Source of the DNA: a virus
Lineage: Duplodnaviria; Caudoviricetes
Strand: one strand, 5' to 3'
IMG/VR virus record: IMGVR_UViG_3300012667_000474
Span: 1 to 35,029 of that record
DNA length: 35,029 nt
Shown: piece by piece, positions 1 through 8,995 of the stretch
How the letters are laid out: the number at the start of each line of letters is the position of its first letter
Position numbering within the stretch: position 1 is the first letter of the stretch
Translations under genes and position numbers: made by a program
The notes under the pieces: generated by a model
Told to the model about the DNA's origin: nothing
Seen by the model: the letters and a program-made list of their open reading frames with translations, nothing else
The model's database searches: none

Positions 1-50
1 CATCCGCAAAGGTGGCGTGGCATATAGAAACCTAGAAGACAGAGTTAGAA

Positions 51-323
51 ATGCGCAGAACAATCTCCAAAGACATGCTTGAAGCCGCTGCCCGTCAAGG
101 GTGGAGCATTGCCCAAACAGCCCGTCACTACGGATACCACCAGTCATCCATCAGTGTGGCGTGCGCGCGTCATGGTGTGACGCTGGCGATGGGGTTGACA
201 TCACCCAACAAGGTATCGCCCCGGCGCGTGGATCTTCCGCCGCCGAGCACCAAGCGCGTCAAGGCATTTTCCGCCAACCCTGTGGCCATCCAAAAGGCAC
301 TTGAAAGCCACAAACCGCGCTGA
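51..323 (+). CDS. Small HTH-like DNA-binding protein (start could be 75)
   Basis: WSIAQTARHYGYHQSSISVACARHG resembles a helix-turn-helix. An upstream open frame (2..82) ends in TGA just inside the gene, near ATG 75. Confidence 0.5.
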   Translation: MRRTISKDMLEAAARQGWSIAQTARHYGYHQSSISVACARHGVTLAMGLTSPNKVSPRRVDLPPPSTKRVKAFSANPVAIQKALESHKPR

Positions 324-460
324 TATGAGCGTCAGGTGAGGGAAGCAAATACACCAAGAAACCGTCACGGGTTGGCTTTGTATTTGGTCGATGATCGGAC
401 TGTGCGCTACGGCCCATCTCACCACGCTTCCCTCACGAATCACCGCCTGCCAAATGACTA

Positions 461-488
461 GGGCCGCATCGCTGCGGCCCATTTTTTT
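461..488 (+). terminator. Rho-independent terminator between convergent units
   Basis: GGGCCGCA-TCGC-TGCGGCCC 8-bp stem followed by ATTTTTTT, abutting the primase stop codon. Confidence 0.75.
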
Positions 489-2703
489 ACACATACCCCG
501 GTCCCTGCGCAGCGTTGTAATCCGGTTCGGCCCCGTCACGGCACCACAGCACCGGCCGCTTGGCGTCTTCACGGATGATGGGTCGCGCTGCCCTGCCCCA
601 CTGCTTGTATCCAAGGTCGTTCAGGATCGATCCGATCTTGGGACGCGACAGCTTGAAGCCCCGCTCACGCAACAACCGATCCAGCATGTGACTGCTGATC
701 CAGCCGCCCCGGAAGCCGACCGTATCCGATTCAATGGCTTCGGCAATCTCGGCTTCAATCGTCCCGGTGCTGGCCGCAACCGCTTCGGCCGTGGTGCTGG
801 TTTCCGGCGCGCGGTGGCACATGGTCGCAGGATTCAATTCATCGGGGATGGCATAGGTCATCAACCATTCCGCCATGTGCGCATAGCCGTCCACACGCAG
901 CCACTGATAGAGCGCCGGGAAAAACCCACCAGCCATACCGTCGCGTTCGATGTCTTCGGCCGACTGTTGCGCGGTGAAGAAAACGGCATAGCGACGGTCG
1001 TTCTTTGACTTCAACACGGCGTCTTTGTGGTTGGTGCAGAAGAACCAATTCGCCACGTTGTCGATCATGCGCTTTTCCTGCGCCATACCACGCAATTCGA
1101 TGCGGCGGTTGGTGATATAGGGCTTCAATTCATCCAGCATCTCACGACGCCCGCCCATGTGGATTTCCTCCACGATCATCAACAACTTGGCTTCAAGGTA
1201 GCCGTTGTATTTCTCCGCCAACTGCGACGCCCGAGGCTCATGGACATAATCAAGGCCCAGCGCATAGGCCACGCAGCTTGCGACCAACGATTTCCCGTTT
1301 CCCTCGGTCCCTTGCAGCACAGGCGCCCACTGGAATTTGACGCCGGGATACTGAACGCAGGCAGCCATAAACGCCAACAGGATGTCCCGGTCCCGGCGCG
1401 ACGGCAACAGCTTGGTCAGAAACGTCATGAACGGCGTCACATCGCCCGCAACGCGCCGGATCATCGGCGGCACATAGATGTTCACAGACTCATCGGGCAG
1501 GATTGTGCCGGTCGGCATGTCTGGCCGAAACACCGGGCGTTTGGCTTGCGGGAAGCGGTGCGCGATGCCCTCGGTCAGCACCTCAAACGCCTTGCGTGTC
1601 GGCTTCGTCCCGTCCGGCAGCATCTGGAAGCTGTGGCCGCCATAGGTGGCGTTGAATTGCTCCGGCTTGAGCAACGCGCCATCGGGAACCAAAACCCTGT
1701 GGAGGTCACGAATATAGACGCAGCCTTTGAAGTGGACCAGCATCTCGGTCACGGTCATGAACATCTCGTGGCCCTTGGTCGGGGCCGGAGCGGGCATGGT
1801 CTTGGCAGGAACGTCGTAGACCTTTTTGCACATGCGCACCGCGCCGCCGATGGAATCCCGCCGGTAGTCTTCCCTGTCACGGTATTTGTCCCGCATCAGG
1901 CCCGAACGCCGGAACAGTCGGTCCATCCGGGCCATGTCCCTGCCAGTCCAGAACGCCAGATGCGACAACAGGGCCGCATCGGCACTGCTGTGATCAAAGC
2001 CGCCGTTGCCGTCGTATGCCGGATAGACGCGGGCCAAAACCGAAGCATTGGCGTTCCACAGGTCGGCCGCCGATGCTCCGCTGCCGAAGCGCGCCGCCGT
2101 GCTACTGGACCGCAACATCAGCGCAATGAGAGCATCGTCATCGGTCGGCCCGGTATAGGATGGGTCAACCTCGGTCGGCAGCACACCGTCCGCATCGGCA
2201 CGGCGCGGAACAAAGCGCAGCAACTGGTCCGTCCAGTCGGTGTCGATCCACCGTTCACCGATGGGCTGCAACCCGTTCGGCGATAGCGCGATGAAGCGGC
2301 CGGTGTGATACCATTCCTTGTCGCCATCCCACTTGTTGCGCCGGTCGGCCAGCCGCGACGGGTCGCAGCGTCCGAAGATGTGCAGGCCGGTGCCGGATAC
2401 CGACACTTCGGCCAGCGCGCCGGGGAATGACCGGTAGATGGCCACAGCGCTGTCGGTGTATTGCCCGGTCGTCGCGTCACGGCACGCATCGAGGTCGATA
2501 CAGAACCAGCCGTCACCGTTCAGAATGAAGCCGACCCCAGACACCGCGCCGCCGACGCGCGCCGCGGCCGCTTCATATGTCATCCATTGCGAAGGGTCAT
2601 GTGGATTGATCGGACCACCCGCTGCATCGCACGGGATCTTGTCCATCTTCGGCGAGTCCGGCTTCGCTTGCAGACGATAGTTGATGTAGCGTTGCGGCAT
2701 CAT
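487..2703 (-). CDS. Primase-polymerase (NrS-1-like PrimPol) fused to SF3/DUF5906-type helicase
   Basis: GVGFIL..CIDLDAC and [13 protein letters not shown] PrimPol motifs; helix-bundle segment [28 protein letters not shown]; Walker [10 protein letters not shown] and Walker B MIVEE. Start placed at the ATGA overlap at 2703. Confidence 0.9.
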   Translation of the reverse strand: MMPQRYINYRLQAKPDSPKMDKIPCDAAGGPINPHDPSQWMTYEAAAARVGGAVSGVGFILNGDGWFCIDLDACRDATTGQYTDSAVAIYRSFPGALAEVSVSGTGLHIFGRCDPSRLADRRNKWDGDKEWYHTGRFIALSPNGLQPIGERWIDTDWTDQLLRFVPRRADADGVLPTEVDPSYTGPTDDDALIALMLRSSSTAARFGSGASAADLWNANASVLARVYPAYDGNGGFDHSSADAALLSHLAFWTGRDMARMDRLFRRSGLMRDKYRDREDYRRDSIGGAVRMCKKVYDVPAKTMPAPAPTKGHEMFMTVTEMLVHFKGCVYIRDLHRVLVPDGALLKPEQFNATYGGHSFQMLPDGTKPTRKAFEVLTEGIAHRFPQAKRPVFRPDMPTGTILPDESVNIYVPPMIRRVAGDVTPFMTFLTKLLPSRRDRDILLAFMAACVQYPGVKFQWAPVLQGTEGNGKSLVASCVAYALGLDYVHEPRASQLAEKYNGYLEAKLLMIVEEIHMGGRREMLDELKPYITNRRIELRGMAQEKRMIDNVANWFFCTNHKDAVLKSKNDRRYAVFFTAQQSAEDIERDGMAGGFFPALYQWLRVDGYAHMAEWLMTYAIPDELNPATMCHRAPETSTTAEAVAASTGTIEAEIAEAIESDTVGFRGGWISSHMLDRLLRERGFKLSRPKIGSILNDLGYKQWGRAARPIIREDAKRPVLWCRDGAEPDYNAAQGPGYV

Positions 2704-2873
2704 TTTGCGGCGTATCCTGTCATGATGATGTGCGGGCAGTTGTGGACACGGCGCGTCGTCATATCGACATCCCCGAGCCACATCCGCAGCTTTGTCGCTC
2801 CGTTCCACCATGCCATCACTTCAAAGGCGCGCATGGTGGAGAGATTGAACAGCCGGATTTTGAAGGGCCACAT
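2700..2873 (-). CDS. Possible 57-aa protein, in frame with and forming the C-terminal end of the alternative-frame MTase ORF
   Basis: ATG lies 4 nt after the MTase stop with GGAG upstream. Its TGA overlaps the primase ATG (ATGA). Confidence 0.45.
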   Translation of the reverse strand: MWPFKIRLFNLSTMRAFEVMAWWNGATKLRMWLGDVDMTTRRVHNCPHIIMTGYAAK

Positions 2874-3887
2874 GGGATCAAGACTCCATGAAGGATTCAA
2901 TGAAGGTTTGCGCTGCTTGGGCAACGATTGCATTGCCGTAACCGCGCAGTCGTCCCACTCTGGCGGCAGACCCATGAGCCAGCGGGAATGTGCCGGGTTC
3001 AACTGGCCGCCACTTTCCATCCCGGCAGTAGAGCCAGTCAGCATCTCGCCAGTGGCCGTTAGTCGGGCTGGTCCGTCCGCGAATTTCACAGCATGTTCCA
3101 GAGACGCTGTGTGTTTCTTCCCGTCCACCGTGCGCCCCGTGGCGTCCATTTTCTCCGTGCTGACTGACCGCCCGCCCGATGGTGTATTCGGCGTCGGCCA
3201 GCCCGACAATGCGGCATCCGCTGGAAGCGCCCCGCCCGCTTGGTTCGGCCCGCCATTGCTGCCGTCCGTCGCCCGAGGGGTGTTCCACGCCGCCAGACGG
3301 GACTGACCCGCCAATGTCTCCAAGCCTCTGTGTGTTTCTGGTTGCGACGATGTGTTTGTCGTCGGCGTCGGCCATCCCGCCATCACCGCTGCCGCCCCGA
3401 TGTCCAATCCATGTGTCCCGATCTGTTTCCCCGTCACCCAATTTGATACCGCCTGCTCCGACCATTCCTTTGACTGCAATGTCGGCGTCGGCCAGCCGCT
3501 TTGCTCCGAAGAACAGTCGTTGACGGATGTGCGGCGCGCCGACGCCCGCAGCGCACAAATCTGCCGCCCCGAAGGCGTAGCCCGTGGCTTCCATGTCAGT
3601 TGATACAAGGTCGAGCCAACCGAGGCCGTCCTTTGACGCAACCTGTTCTCCAAAGACGATTGCAGGCTGGCACTGGCTGATGAGATGATGCCAGTGCGGC
3701 CAGAGGTGCCGCTCATCATCAACCCCGCCTCTGCGACCTGCGCTGCTGAAAGGCTGGCACGGGCAGCTTCCGGTCCAAACAGGACGGTCATCGGCCCAGC
3801 CGGAGCGACGGAGGGCATAAGACCACACCCCAATCCCGGCAAAGAAATGGCACTGGGTGAAACCTTTGAGGTCAATTGGTCGGACAT
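2700..3887 (-). CDS. Alternative-frame MTase partner (beta-like) polypeptide with motif IX and four W(P/N)TP modules; start uncertain (3887 or 3719)
   Basis: Frame is open for 424 codons on the same strand as the MTase. It contains [18 protein letters not shown], which is motif IX-like. GGAG-N8-ATG at 3887; GAGGCGGGG lies just upstream of ATG 3719. Confidence 0.75.
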   Translation of the reverse strand: MSDQLTSKVSPSAISLPGLGCGLMPSVAPAGPMTVLFGPEAARASLSAAQVAEAGLMMSGTSGRTGIISSASASLQSSLENRLRQRTASVGSTLYQLTWKPRATPSGRQICALRASARRTSVNDCSSEQSGWPTPTLQSKEWSEQAVSNWVTGKQIGTHGLDIGAAAVMAGWPTPTTNTSSQPETHRGLETLAGQSRLAAWNTPRATDGSNGGPNQAGGALPADAALSGWPTPNTPSGGRSVSTEKMDATGRTVDGKKHTASLEHAVKFADGPARLTATGEMLTGSTAGMESGGQLNPAHSRWLMGLPPEWDDCAVTAMQSLPKQRKPSLNPSWSLDPMWPFKIRLFNLSTMRAFEVMAWWNGATKLRMWLGDVDMTTRRVHNCPHIIMTGYAAK

Positions 3888-3999
3888 CTGAAATACTCCG
3901 TTCGTCCACAATGCCGGGTGCGATGTGGCCTTGTTTGATGAGTTCGCGCAGCCACGCCGCGGCCTTCGGGTCAAATTCGTTGTAATACGCGGTCATCAC
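2878..3999 (-). CDS. DNA (cytosine-5) methyltransferase, catalytic (alpha-like) polypeptide
   Basis: HFFAGIG (motif I), GSCPCQPFS (IV), GEQV (VI), PHIRQRLFF (VIII), [10 protein letters not shown] (X). No recognisable motif IX in this frame. Confidence 0.92.
   Translation of the reverse strand: MMTAYYNEFDPKAAAWLRELIKQGHIAPGIVDERSISDVRPIDLKGFTQCHFFAGIGVWSYALRRSGWADDRPVWTGSCPCQPFSSAGRRGGVDDERHLWPHWHHLISQCQPAIVFGEQVASKDGLGWLDLVSTDMEATGYAFGAADLCAAGVGAPHIRQRLFFGAKRLADADIAVKGMVGAGGIKLGDGETDRDTWIGHRGGSGDGGMADADDKHIVATRNTQRLGDIGGSVPSGGVEHPSGDGRQQWRAEPSGRGASSGCRIVGLADAEYTIGRAVSQHGENGRHGAHGGREETHSVSGTCCEIRGRTSPTNGHWRDADWLYCRDGKWRPVEPGTFPLAHGSAARVGRLRGYGNAIVAQAAQTFIESFMES
3188..3494 (-). repeat. Dispersed 13-nt direct repeat TCGGCGTCGGCCA (3188, 3362, 3482) plus a degenerate copy near 3275-3287, delimiting 87/87/120-nt modules
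   Basis: Read directly from the sequence. Encodes WPTP/WNTP in one frame and LADAD/MADAD/LADAE in the other. Confidence 0.85.
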
Positions 4000-4247
4000 T
4001 CAACCCAGCCCATGCTTTCCGCTTCGGCCCGCACCGCGCCGGTCGTGTCCAGCGAGATAATTGCGCGCCACAGATCGGCTTTGGTTGCGAAGTAATGCTT
4101 CACCGTGGCCGTGCTGGTGGGCACCACGCAACGCTTTGCCACGGTGCTGTGCGCCACGGCCCATAGGCCCGTATCGAGCGCGATTCGAAGCCCCGCGGTC
4201 ATGATGACTGCGCGGCGTTGTTCATTGGTCAGTTTTGTCACGACCAT
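3996..4247 (-). CDS. TetR-family-like HTH protein (DNA-binding domain only)
   Basis: RRAVIMTAGLRIALDTGLWAVAHSTVAKRC..STATVKHYFATKADLW matches the TetR N-terminal pattern; ATGA-coupled to the MTase. Confidence 0.75.
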   Translation of the reverse strand: MVVTKLTNEQRRAVIMTAGLRIALDTGLWAVAHSTVAKRCVVPTSTATVKHYFATKADLWRAIISLDTTGAVRAEAESMGWVE

Positions 4248-4972
4248 TCCTCACAGATTGTGCCGCAATCGGGCATTGATTTCAGGGGGCGACCTTTGGC
4301 ATTAACTGGCAGTTCGTCCAGATACACTCGGTTTCCTTTGACGCGGACTAGTTTAGCGCCAATACGCCTAGATTGTTCGGCGCGGTCAGCAAAAACGTCA
4401 GGGTTTGTTTCTCGCACCAAATTCCAATATGTCGCGCTTGTTGCCTTAACGCATCCGATGCAGTTTGCGTTCGGATAACCAAGCCGATATGCCTCTGGAA
4501 GATAAATACCCTCTGACTGAATAACGCGAGCGCAATCCTCTTTGGTCAGGTTCGCCCAAATAAGGATTGGTAGGACATTTTCCCGCTCCGTCGCAATATA
4601 ACGATCATGGCGCTTTCGCTCATCTGATGTGAAGCCGAAGACATGCCAATCACAACGGTTCTCGTTTTCCCATTGCTGTCTCGCGTGTTTCTTCAACATT
4701 AAGGTGCATGGTGCACCACCCTTCGGATGAGACATGTATCTTTGTTTTTCCCATACTTCGCGCGCACTACCGGAAGGGAATTTCGAATTGACTGCGTATT
4801 CAATTTCAATGCCGACCCATTCACTTACGTCTCGCGCGAAACGAAGATTGTCTGGGTTTTCTTCCAAGATTGGATTGTTCACAGCCCTTACGTTTTCGCG
4901 CCCAAAAAGTTGAACGGTCAACTTGAGCGCGACCGCACTTGCGGCACCGCATGAAAACCAAACCGCTATCAC
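4238..4972 (-). CDS. PP-loop / PAPS-reductase-like (adenine nucleotide alpha-hydrolase) protein with Cys motifs
   Basis: VWFSCGAASA degenerate PP-loop, PCTLMLKK, GFTSDE..R, NANCIGCVK and C-terminal CGTIC. GTGA overlap with the upstream gene. Confidence 0.75.
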   Translation of the reverse strand: MIAVWFSCGAASAVALKLTVQLFGRENVRAVNNPILEENPDNLRFARDVSEWVGIEIEYAVNSKFPSGSAREVWEKQRYMSHPKGGAPCTLMLKKHARQQWENENRCDWHVFGFTSDERKRHDRYIATERENVLPILIWANLTKEDCARVIQSEGIYLPEAYRLGYPNANCIGCVKATSATYWNLVRETNPDVFADRAEQSRRIGAKLVRVKGNRVYLDELPVNAKGRPLKSMPDCGTICEEWS

Positions 4973-5343
4973 CGCCAAATATCCTTCTCATTGGTGGCGA
5001 ATGTGAACACCCCGCCATGTGATTGAACCCAGCGCCCAAACGCCGCTTGAGCCTGCCCGCGTTCGTCCCCATCGGTCAACCTCCAACCGGGCCGCTTGAC
5101 TTCGACGGCAAAGAACAAGCCGAGCGTCTGCCCTACCATGTCGGGCGTCACTGTCACGGGCCAGATGCCGATCAGATCAGACGACTTGAACGCAGCGTTG
5201 ATCCGAGCCGAGTCGTTGCCCAACCCATAACGGATGGTGCGGCCGGTCTGGTCGGTGCAGGCGCCGGAGTTGTTGCGCAACAGGGGCGTCCCGCGCTGTG
5301 CCGCCATCAGGCGGATGCGCTGCTGTGTGGCCATCTCGCTCAT
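4969..5343 (-). CDS. VRR-NUC domain nuclease (possible Holliday junction resolvase)
   Basis: RNNSGA..YGLG..SSDLIG..AVEVKRPG..Q..F PD-(D/E)XK pattern; GAGGA SD and ATGA overlap at 5343. Confidence 0.85.
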   Translation of the reverse strand: MSEMATQQRIRLMAAQRGTPLLRNNSGACTDQTGRTIRYGLGNDSARINAAFKSSDLIGIWPVTVTPDMVGQTLGLFFAVEVKRPGWRLTDGDERGQAQAAFGRWVQSHGGVFTFATNEKDIWR

Positions 5344-5906
5344 GCTGGTTTCCTCAGTGGGGTATATTCGCAGCGGGAAGATTGACCGGCGCCCCATACC
5401 GTCCAGCAAAACTCCATGGTGGGAGACTTGCCCCGGTTCGGTGCGAAATTGGGCCGCCATGTCATTGGCAGCACCATCGCGGGACGCGTGTCCTCAAACA
5501 GTTTCAGCCGCCGCGCGCTATGCCAATATGTCCCTTTCAGGAGCATTGCAACATAGACACCCATTCCCGTAGCGTGCCGGATGAAATCCTCGGCCAGAAA
5601 GAAAGGCGGGTTGGTGATGATCGTTTTCGCCCCGAAGACGTTGCGCGCTTTCAGGAAGTCCACACCCACCATCCCGAAGCCGCGGTCGTGCAGATCGGTA
5701 GAAACAACCGTTGCACCGCGTTGCGTCAACAGTTTGCTGATCGCCCCGTCCCCGCACGCCGGTTCCCAGATCACTCCCGTTGTCAGGAGCGATGGCACAG
5801 CATTGATCAGTGCCGTCGTGCAATCGTCGGGTGTCGGGTAGAAGTCCGCGTCGTTGCGTTCCCACTCATCCGATTGACCACCGATGATCAAAGTCGCCTT
5901 TCCCAT
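5340..5906 (-). CDS. Small DNA amino-methyltransferase (N6-adenine-like)
   Basis: DFYPTP, WEPACGDGAI (SAM binding) and IITNPPF (catalytic). Confidence 0.85.
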   Translation of the reverse strand: MGKATLIIGGQSDEWERNDADFYPTPDDCTTALINAVPSLLTTGVIWEPACGDGAISKLLTQRGATVVSTDLHDRGFGMVGVDFLKARNVFGAKTIITNPPFFLAEDFIRHATGMGVYVAMLLKGTYWHSARRLKLFEDTRPAMVLPMTWRPNFAPNRGKSPTMEFCWTVWGAGQSSRCEYTPLRKPA

Positions 5907-6412
5907 CACCACATCCCCAGTCGCTTGGCGTTGCGGTGCCACTGCGCCACGAGAATACGCGCGGACGGTCCGCTCGTGGGAATGTAGCGGTTGATGAGGT
6001 TCTGCATCACACTGCCGTCTGGCCGAGGCACATCCGGGCAGATTCGCGACGACACCAGCGCATGTTCCACGACCATCATCGCGTGGTCCATGTCCTTCAC
6101 CATAAGGCGTTCCGCAGCGGTCAGGCGCACCAGATCGCCGTAGGTGTCACGCAACCGATTGTCGTAATCCTCGCAGGCCAGATCGAACGCGATGTTGCAA
6201 TACCGCGCCTTGTCGGGCGTGGGGATGTCACCGCAGACTTCCGTCTCGTGCATGTCGTGCAACAGGAACCACCGCTGGACATTCTCCGGTGCTTTCATCT
6301 GTTCCAACACCTCAGTGCCGACGATCATGTGTTCCAAGATTGAATAGTGCCGGGTCGTCCAGCCGCGCCACCGGCAGATATGCGCTGCGGCCATCAAGCG
6401 TCCGTCGTCCAT
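5906..6412 (-). CDS. HD-domain nucleotide phosphohydrolase (YfbR/YfdR-like)
   Basis: ICRWRG..YSILEH, LLHDMHE..GDIPTP.K and a downstream KDMD. Confidence 0.8.
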   Translation of the reverse strand: MDDGRLMAAAHICRWRGWTTRHYSILEHMIVGTEVLEQMKAPENVQRWFLLHDMHETEVCGDIPTPDKARYCNIAFDLACEDYDNRLRDTYGDLVRLTAAERLMVKDMDHAMMVVEHALVSSRICPDVPRPDGSVMQNLINRYIPTSGPSARILVAQWHRNAKRLGMW

Positions 6413-6413
6413 G

Positions 6414-6611
6414 TCAGATACCCCGCCGCGGATCGGGTGCGCGGGTCGTCTGCACCACAATCGTCACGTCCAATGCGCGGTTGGCGATTTGCGCCATTAT
6501 CAACGGGCTGGCGCTGGTTCCCAGCGCGACGATTGCCTGCAACGCCATCTCATACCGGGCTGCAAGTCCTGCTGCGTCCATAGTGGGCTTGATTGTCACT
6601 CGGTCGTCCAT
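6414..6611 (-). CDS. Hypothetical protein, 65 aa
   Basis: Fills the gap between helicase and HD gene in operon orientation, with a purine-rich leader. Confidence 0.6.
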   Translation of the reverse strand: MDDRVTIKPTMDAAGLAARYEMALQAIVALGTSASPLIMAQIANRALDVTIVVQTTRAPDPRRGI

Positions 6612-8215
6612 GTTTCTTCAATCCTTCCTCTGAGTTGTTCCGCATCGGCCCGGTTGAGCGTCTGCGCTGTTCCAATGTCGGTTCCGAAACGGAAGAAAAA
6701 CCGACGATAAATCTCCGTGTCATTCGCGCCCTTGTCGCGCCACACACCGGCCCACACCGCGATGGCATGGCGCAGGTCGTGCTGTGCGTCCTGTCTGTCG
6801 CGCCAGACGTTCTCCAACCGCCGTGTGGCAATCGCATCAAGGTGCCCCGGCACCAGCGGCGGCCCGTCGATTCGCGCAATCTCGCCGCGCATGGCGGCCA
6901 GTGTTTCGGCGTCCAATTCCATCAGATCGCCTTCGACAAACTCCGGCTTATTGCGGCCCATAGGCTCCGGCGTATGACCACAGAACGGGCAGGTCCGGGT
7001 CTTCGCTTCAAACGCTTGGAAGCACGCAACGCAGGTCGAAACTGGCAGCACATCAGGATCAATCGCGCCACGCTTGCCGCGTTCTTCGGCGTAGAGCGAC
7101 CATTGGCGCGGCGAATCGGGAAGATTGTGCATCTTCACGTTGCCGACGTGATCAATGATCAGACCGCGTTGCTTGCCGGGAAGTGTCCGCAGCGCACGAC
7201 CGAATTGCTGGACGTAGAGGCCATATGACATTGTGGGTCGGGCCATCTGGACCACTTCCACCGCAGGAACATCGAAGCCCTCGCCAAATAGATCGACGTT
7301 GACCAGTTGCATCAGCGTGCCGTCGCGCAGTTTCTTCACCGCGGCGGCCCGGATGTCGTCCGGCGTCTTGGCGCTGACCGCCATTGCCGGAACACCTGCC
7401 GCAACAAAAGCCTGCGCCAACTCGTTAGCCTGTTCCACATCAACCGTGAAGGTGATGCCGCGCATACCCTTGGCCAGCCGCAAATAGTGCGACACCACGT
7501 CACCGACGATCTTGGATTTGTGCGCCGCTTCGCGCAGACCCGGCTGCGAATAATCCCCGGTCGAACCGATCTTGACGCCAGACACGTCGATTGATGTTGG
7601 CGGTGCGAAGATCCGGTAGTCGCACAACGATCCGGCGTCGATCAACTCGCGCATGGACGGGCCGACGATCATGTTGTGGAACACACCACCCTGATCGGCG
7701 TGCAATGATTTGCGGTCAGCCCGAAGGGGTGTGGCCGTCACACCGCAGCCCATTGCGTTGCTGAACATGCTGACAGCCGTTCCCCACTTATTGCCTTGGA
7801 CCGCGTGATGACATTCATCAATCATCCACCACCGCTGATCAGCGGCCCACTGACCAATTGAATCGGCCCGCGCCATCAGCGTATCAACCGCAGCAACGGT
7901 CACGAGGCCGCGCGGGCTGTAATAGCTGCGCCCCAACTCGTTGATGTGCTGGGTGATGCAGAACTTAACCGTGCTGGACGGCCCGATCACGTTGTGCTGG
8001 ATGCCGTAACGGGCCATAGTCAAGCTGATCTGACCCACCAGTTCCGTGCGGTGCGCAATGACGCAACCCGGACTGGTCTGATCTTTGGCGATGGACCCCA
8101 TGACCACAGTCTTGCCGCCGCCCGTTGGCAGCACCAATACGTTATTGCGCGCCCCGGCCCGCCACGCGGCGTAGCAGTCGTCTTTCAATTTTTGCTGATA
8201 CGGTCGAAGCTGCAT
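6596..8215 (-). CDS. Superfamily 2 DNA helicase (DExH, RadD/YejH-like) with Zn finger
   Basis: LRPYQ, LPTGGGKT, IDECHH, TATP, EGFDVP, QQFGRALR and CVAC..CPFC; AGAGG SD. Confidence 0.95.
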   Translation of the reverse strand: MQLRPYQQKLKDDCYAAWRAGARNNVLVLPTGGGKTVVMGSIAKDQTSPGCVIAHRTELVGQISLTMARYGIQHNVIGPSSTVKFCITQHINELGRSYYSPRGLVTVAAVDTLMARADSIGQWAADQRWWMIDECHHAVQGNKWGTAVSMFSNAMGCGVTATPLRADRKSLHADQGGVFHNMIVGPSMRELIDAGSLCDYRIFAPPTSIDVSGVKIGSTGDYSQPGLREAAHKSKIVGDVVSHYLRLAKGMRGITFTVDVEQANELAQAFVAAGVPAMAVSAKTPDDIRAAAVKKLRDGTLMQLVNVDLFGEGFDVPAVEVVQMARPTMSYGLYVQQFGRALRTLPGKQRGLIIDHVGNVKMHNLPDSPRQWSLYAEERGKRGAIDPDVLPVSTCVACFQAFEAKTRTCPFCGHTPEPMGRNKPEFVEGDLMELDAETLAAMRGEIARIDGPPLVPGHLDAIATRRLENVWRDRQDAQHDLRHAIAVWAGVWRDKGANDTEIYRRFFFRFGTDIGTAQTLNRADAEQLRGRIEETWTTE

Positions 8216-8235
8216 TTTTTCCTCTTGTGTTATTC

Positions 8236-8265
8236 GAATTAGCTCTTATTATCCGATCTTGTCAA
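8236..8265 (-). promoter_or_regulatory. Putative housekeeping-sigma promoter for the leftward arm, in an AT-rich divergent intergenic region
   Basis: Minus strand reads TTGACA-N16-GCTAATTC, ending about 20 nt upstream of the helicase ATG. Confidence 0.6.
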
Positions 8266-8292
8266 CCCACAAACTCAAACCACGGAGATGAC

Positions 8293-8934
8293 ATGAAACT
8301 TCAACTGACCTACCAATTCGACAGCGAAGACGAACTGCGGGCGCACCTTGGCGGTGAAACTCGCACCGTTGATGAGACGCCTGCGGCAATGACCTCGCCT
8401 GTCGCAGAAGCCCGCACCGTCGCCGAGATGCCCGCTCCGGCCGCCGAGCCGGAAACCGAAACTGCTGTGTCGGCCGACGCTGTTGACGGCGACGGTATGC
8501 CTTATGACGCTGCGGTCCATTCCGACCCGCCGTCGTTCACCGCAGACGGTCTGTGGCGTTCGAAGCGCGGCAAGGGTGACGAAGCCAAAGCGGCCCGCGC
8601 TGCGTTCAAGGCCCGTGGCGGCAACGTCGCTGCCCCGGTCGATCTGCCGACCGCTGCTGCACCTGCCATGACGCTGCCCGGTATGCCGGGGATGCCCACG
8701 GCTGCTGCACTGCCCGCCGACGCGCCGGAACCGATCGGTCTTGACCGCGTGATTGAGAAGATCAGCGGCATGATTACCCGCGCCATGATCACCGAACAGG
8801 TTCTGGCCGGTCTTTACGCCAAGCACTCCGGCGTCGCTGACCCGGCCGCTTCGTTCAACGTGTTCAACACCAACGAATCGGCCCGCGCCAATCTGTTTGG
8901 CGACCTGTGCCAGATCGAACCCGAACTGTCGTAA
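8293..8934 (+). CDS. Phage hypothetical protein, Ala/Pro-rich, with a DGDGMPYD..VHS..ADGLWRSKRG motif
   Basis: GGAG SD before ATG 8293 and biased codon use. The motif resembles one I recall from proteins encoded beside DUF2800 nucleases. Confidence 0.75.
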   Translation: MKLQLTYQFDSEDELRAHLGGETRTVDETPAAMTSPVAEARTVAEMPAPAAEPETETAVSADAVDGDGMPYDAAVHSDPPSFTADGLWRSKRGKGDEAKAARAAFKARGGNVAAPVDLPTAAAPAMTLPGMPGMPTAAALPADAPEPIGLDRVIEKISGMITRAMITEQVLAGLYAKHSGVADPAASFNVFNTNESARANLFGDLCQIEPELS

Positions 8935-8943
8935 ACCGGCAGC

Positions 8944-8968
8944 GGGGCGGCCTGTGATGGGCCGTCCC
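8944..8968 (+). other. GC-rich stem-loop without U-tract
   Basis: GGGGCGGCCT-GTGAT-GGGCCGTCCC, 10-bp stem with two G-U pairs, just after a stop codon. Confidence 0.5.
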
Positions 8969-8995
8969 ACCCCAACCCCTTATCGTGAGCGCACC

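Noticed and set aside
391-3306. Long plus-strand ORFs (391..1008, 1027..2286, 2461..3306)
   Set aside because: Antisense to the primase and MTase with no motifs. This differs from the same-strand MTase overlap, which supplies a missing conserved motif.
3188-3494. 13-nt repeats with unique intervening sequence as a mini-CRISPR or DGR
   Set aside because: Repeats are too short, spacing is irregular and in multiples of three, and there is no reverse transcriptase or cas operon. Better explained as protein modules.
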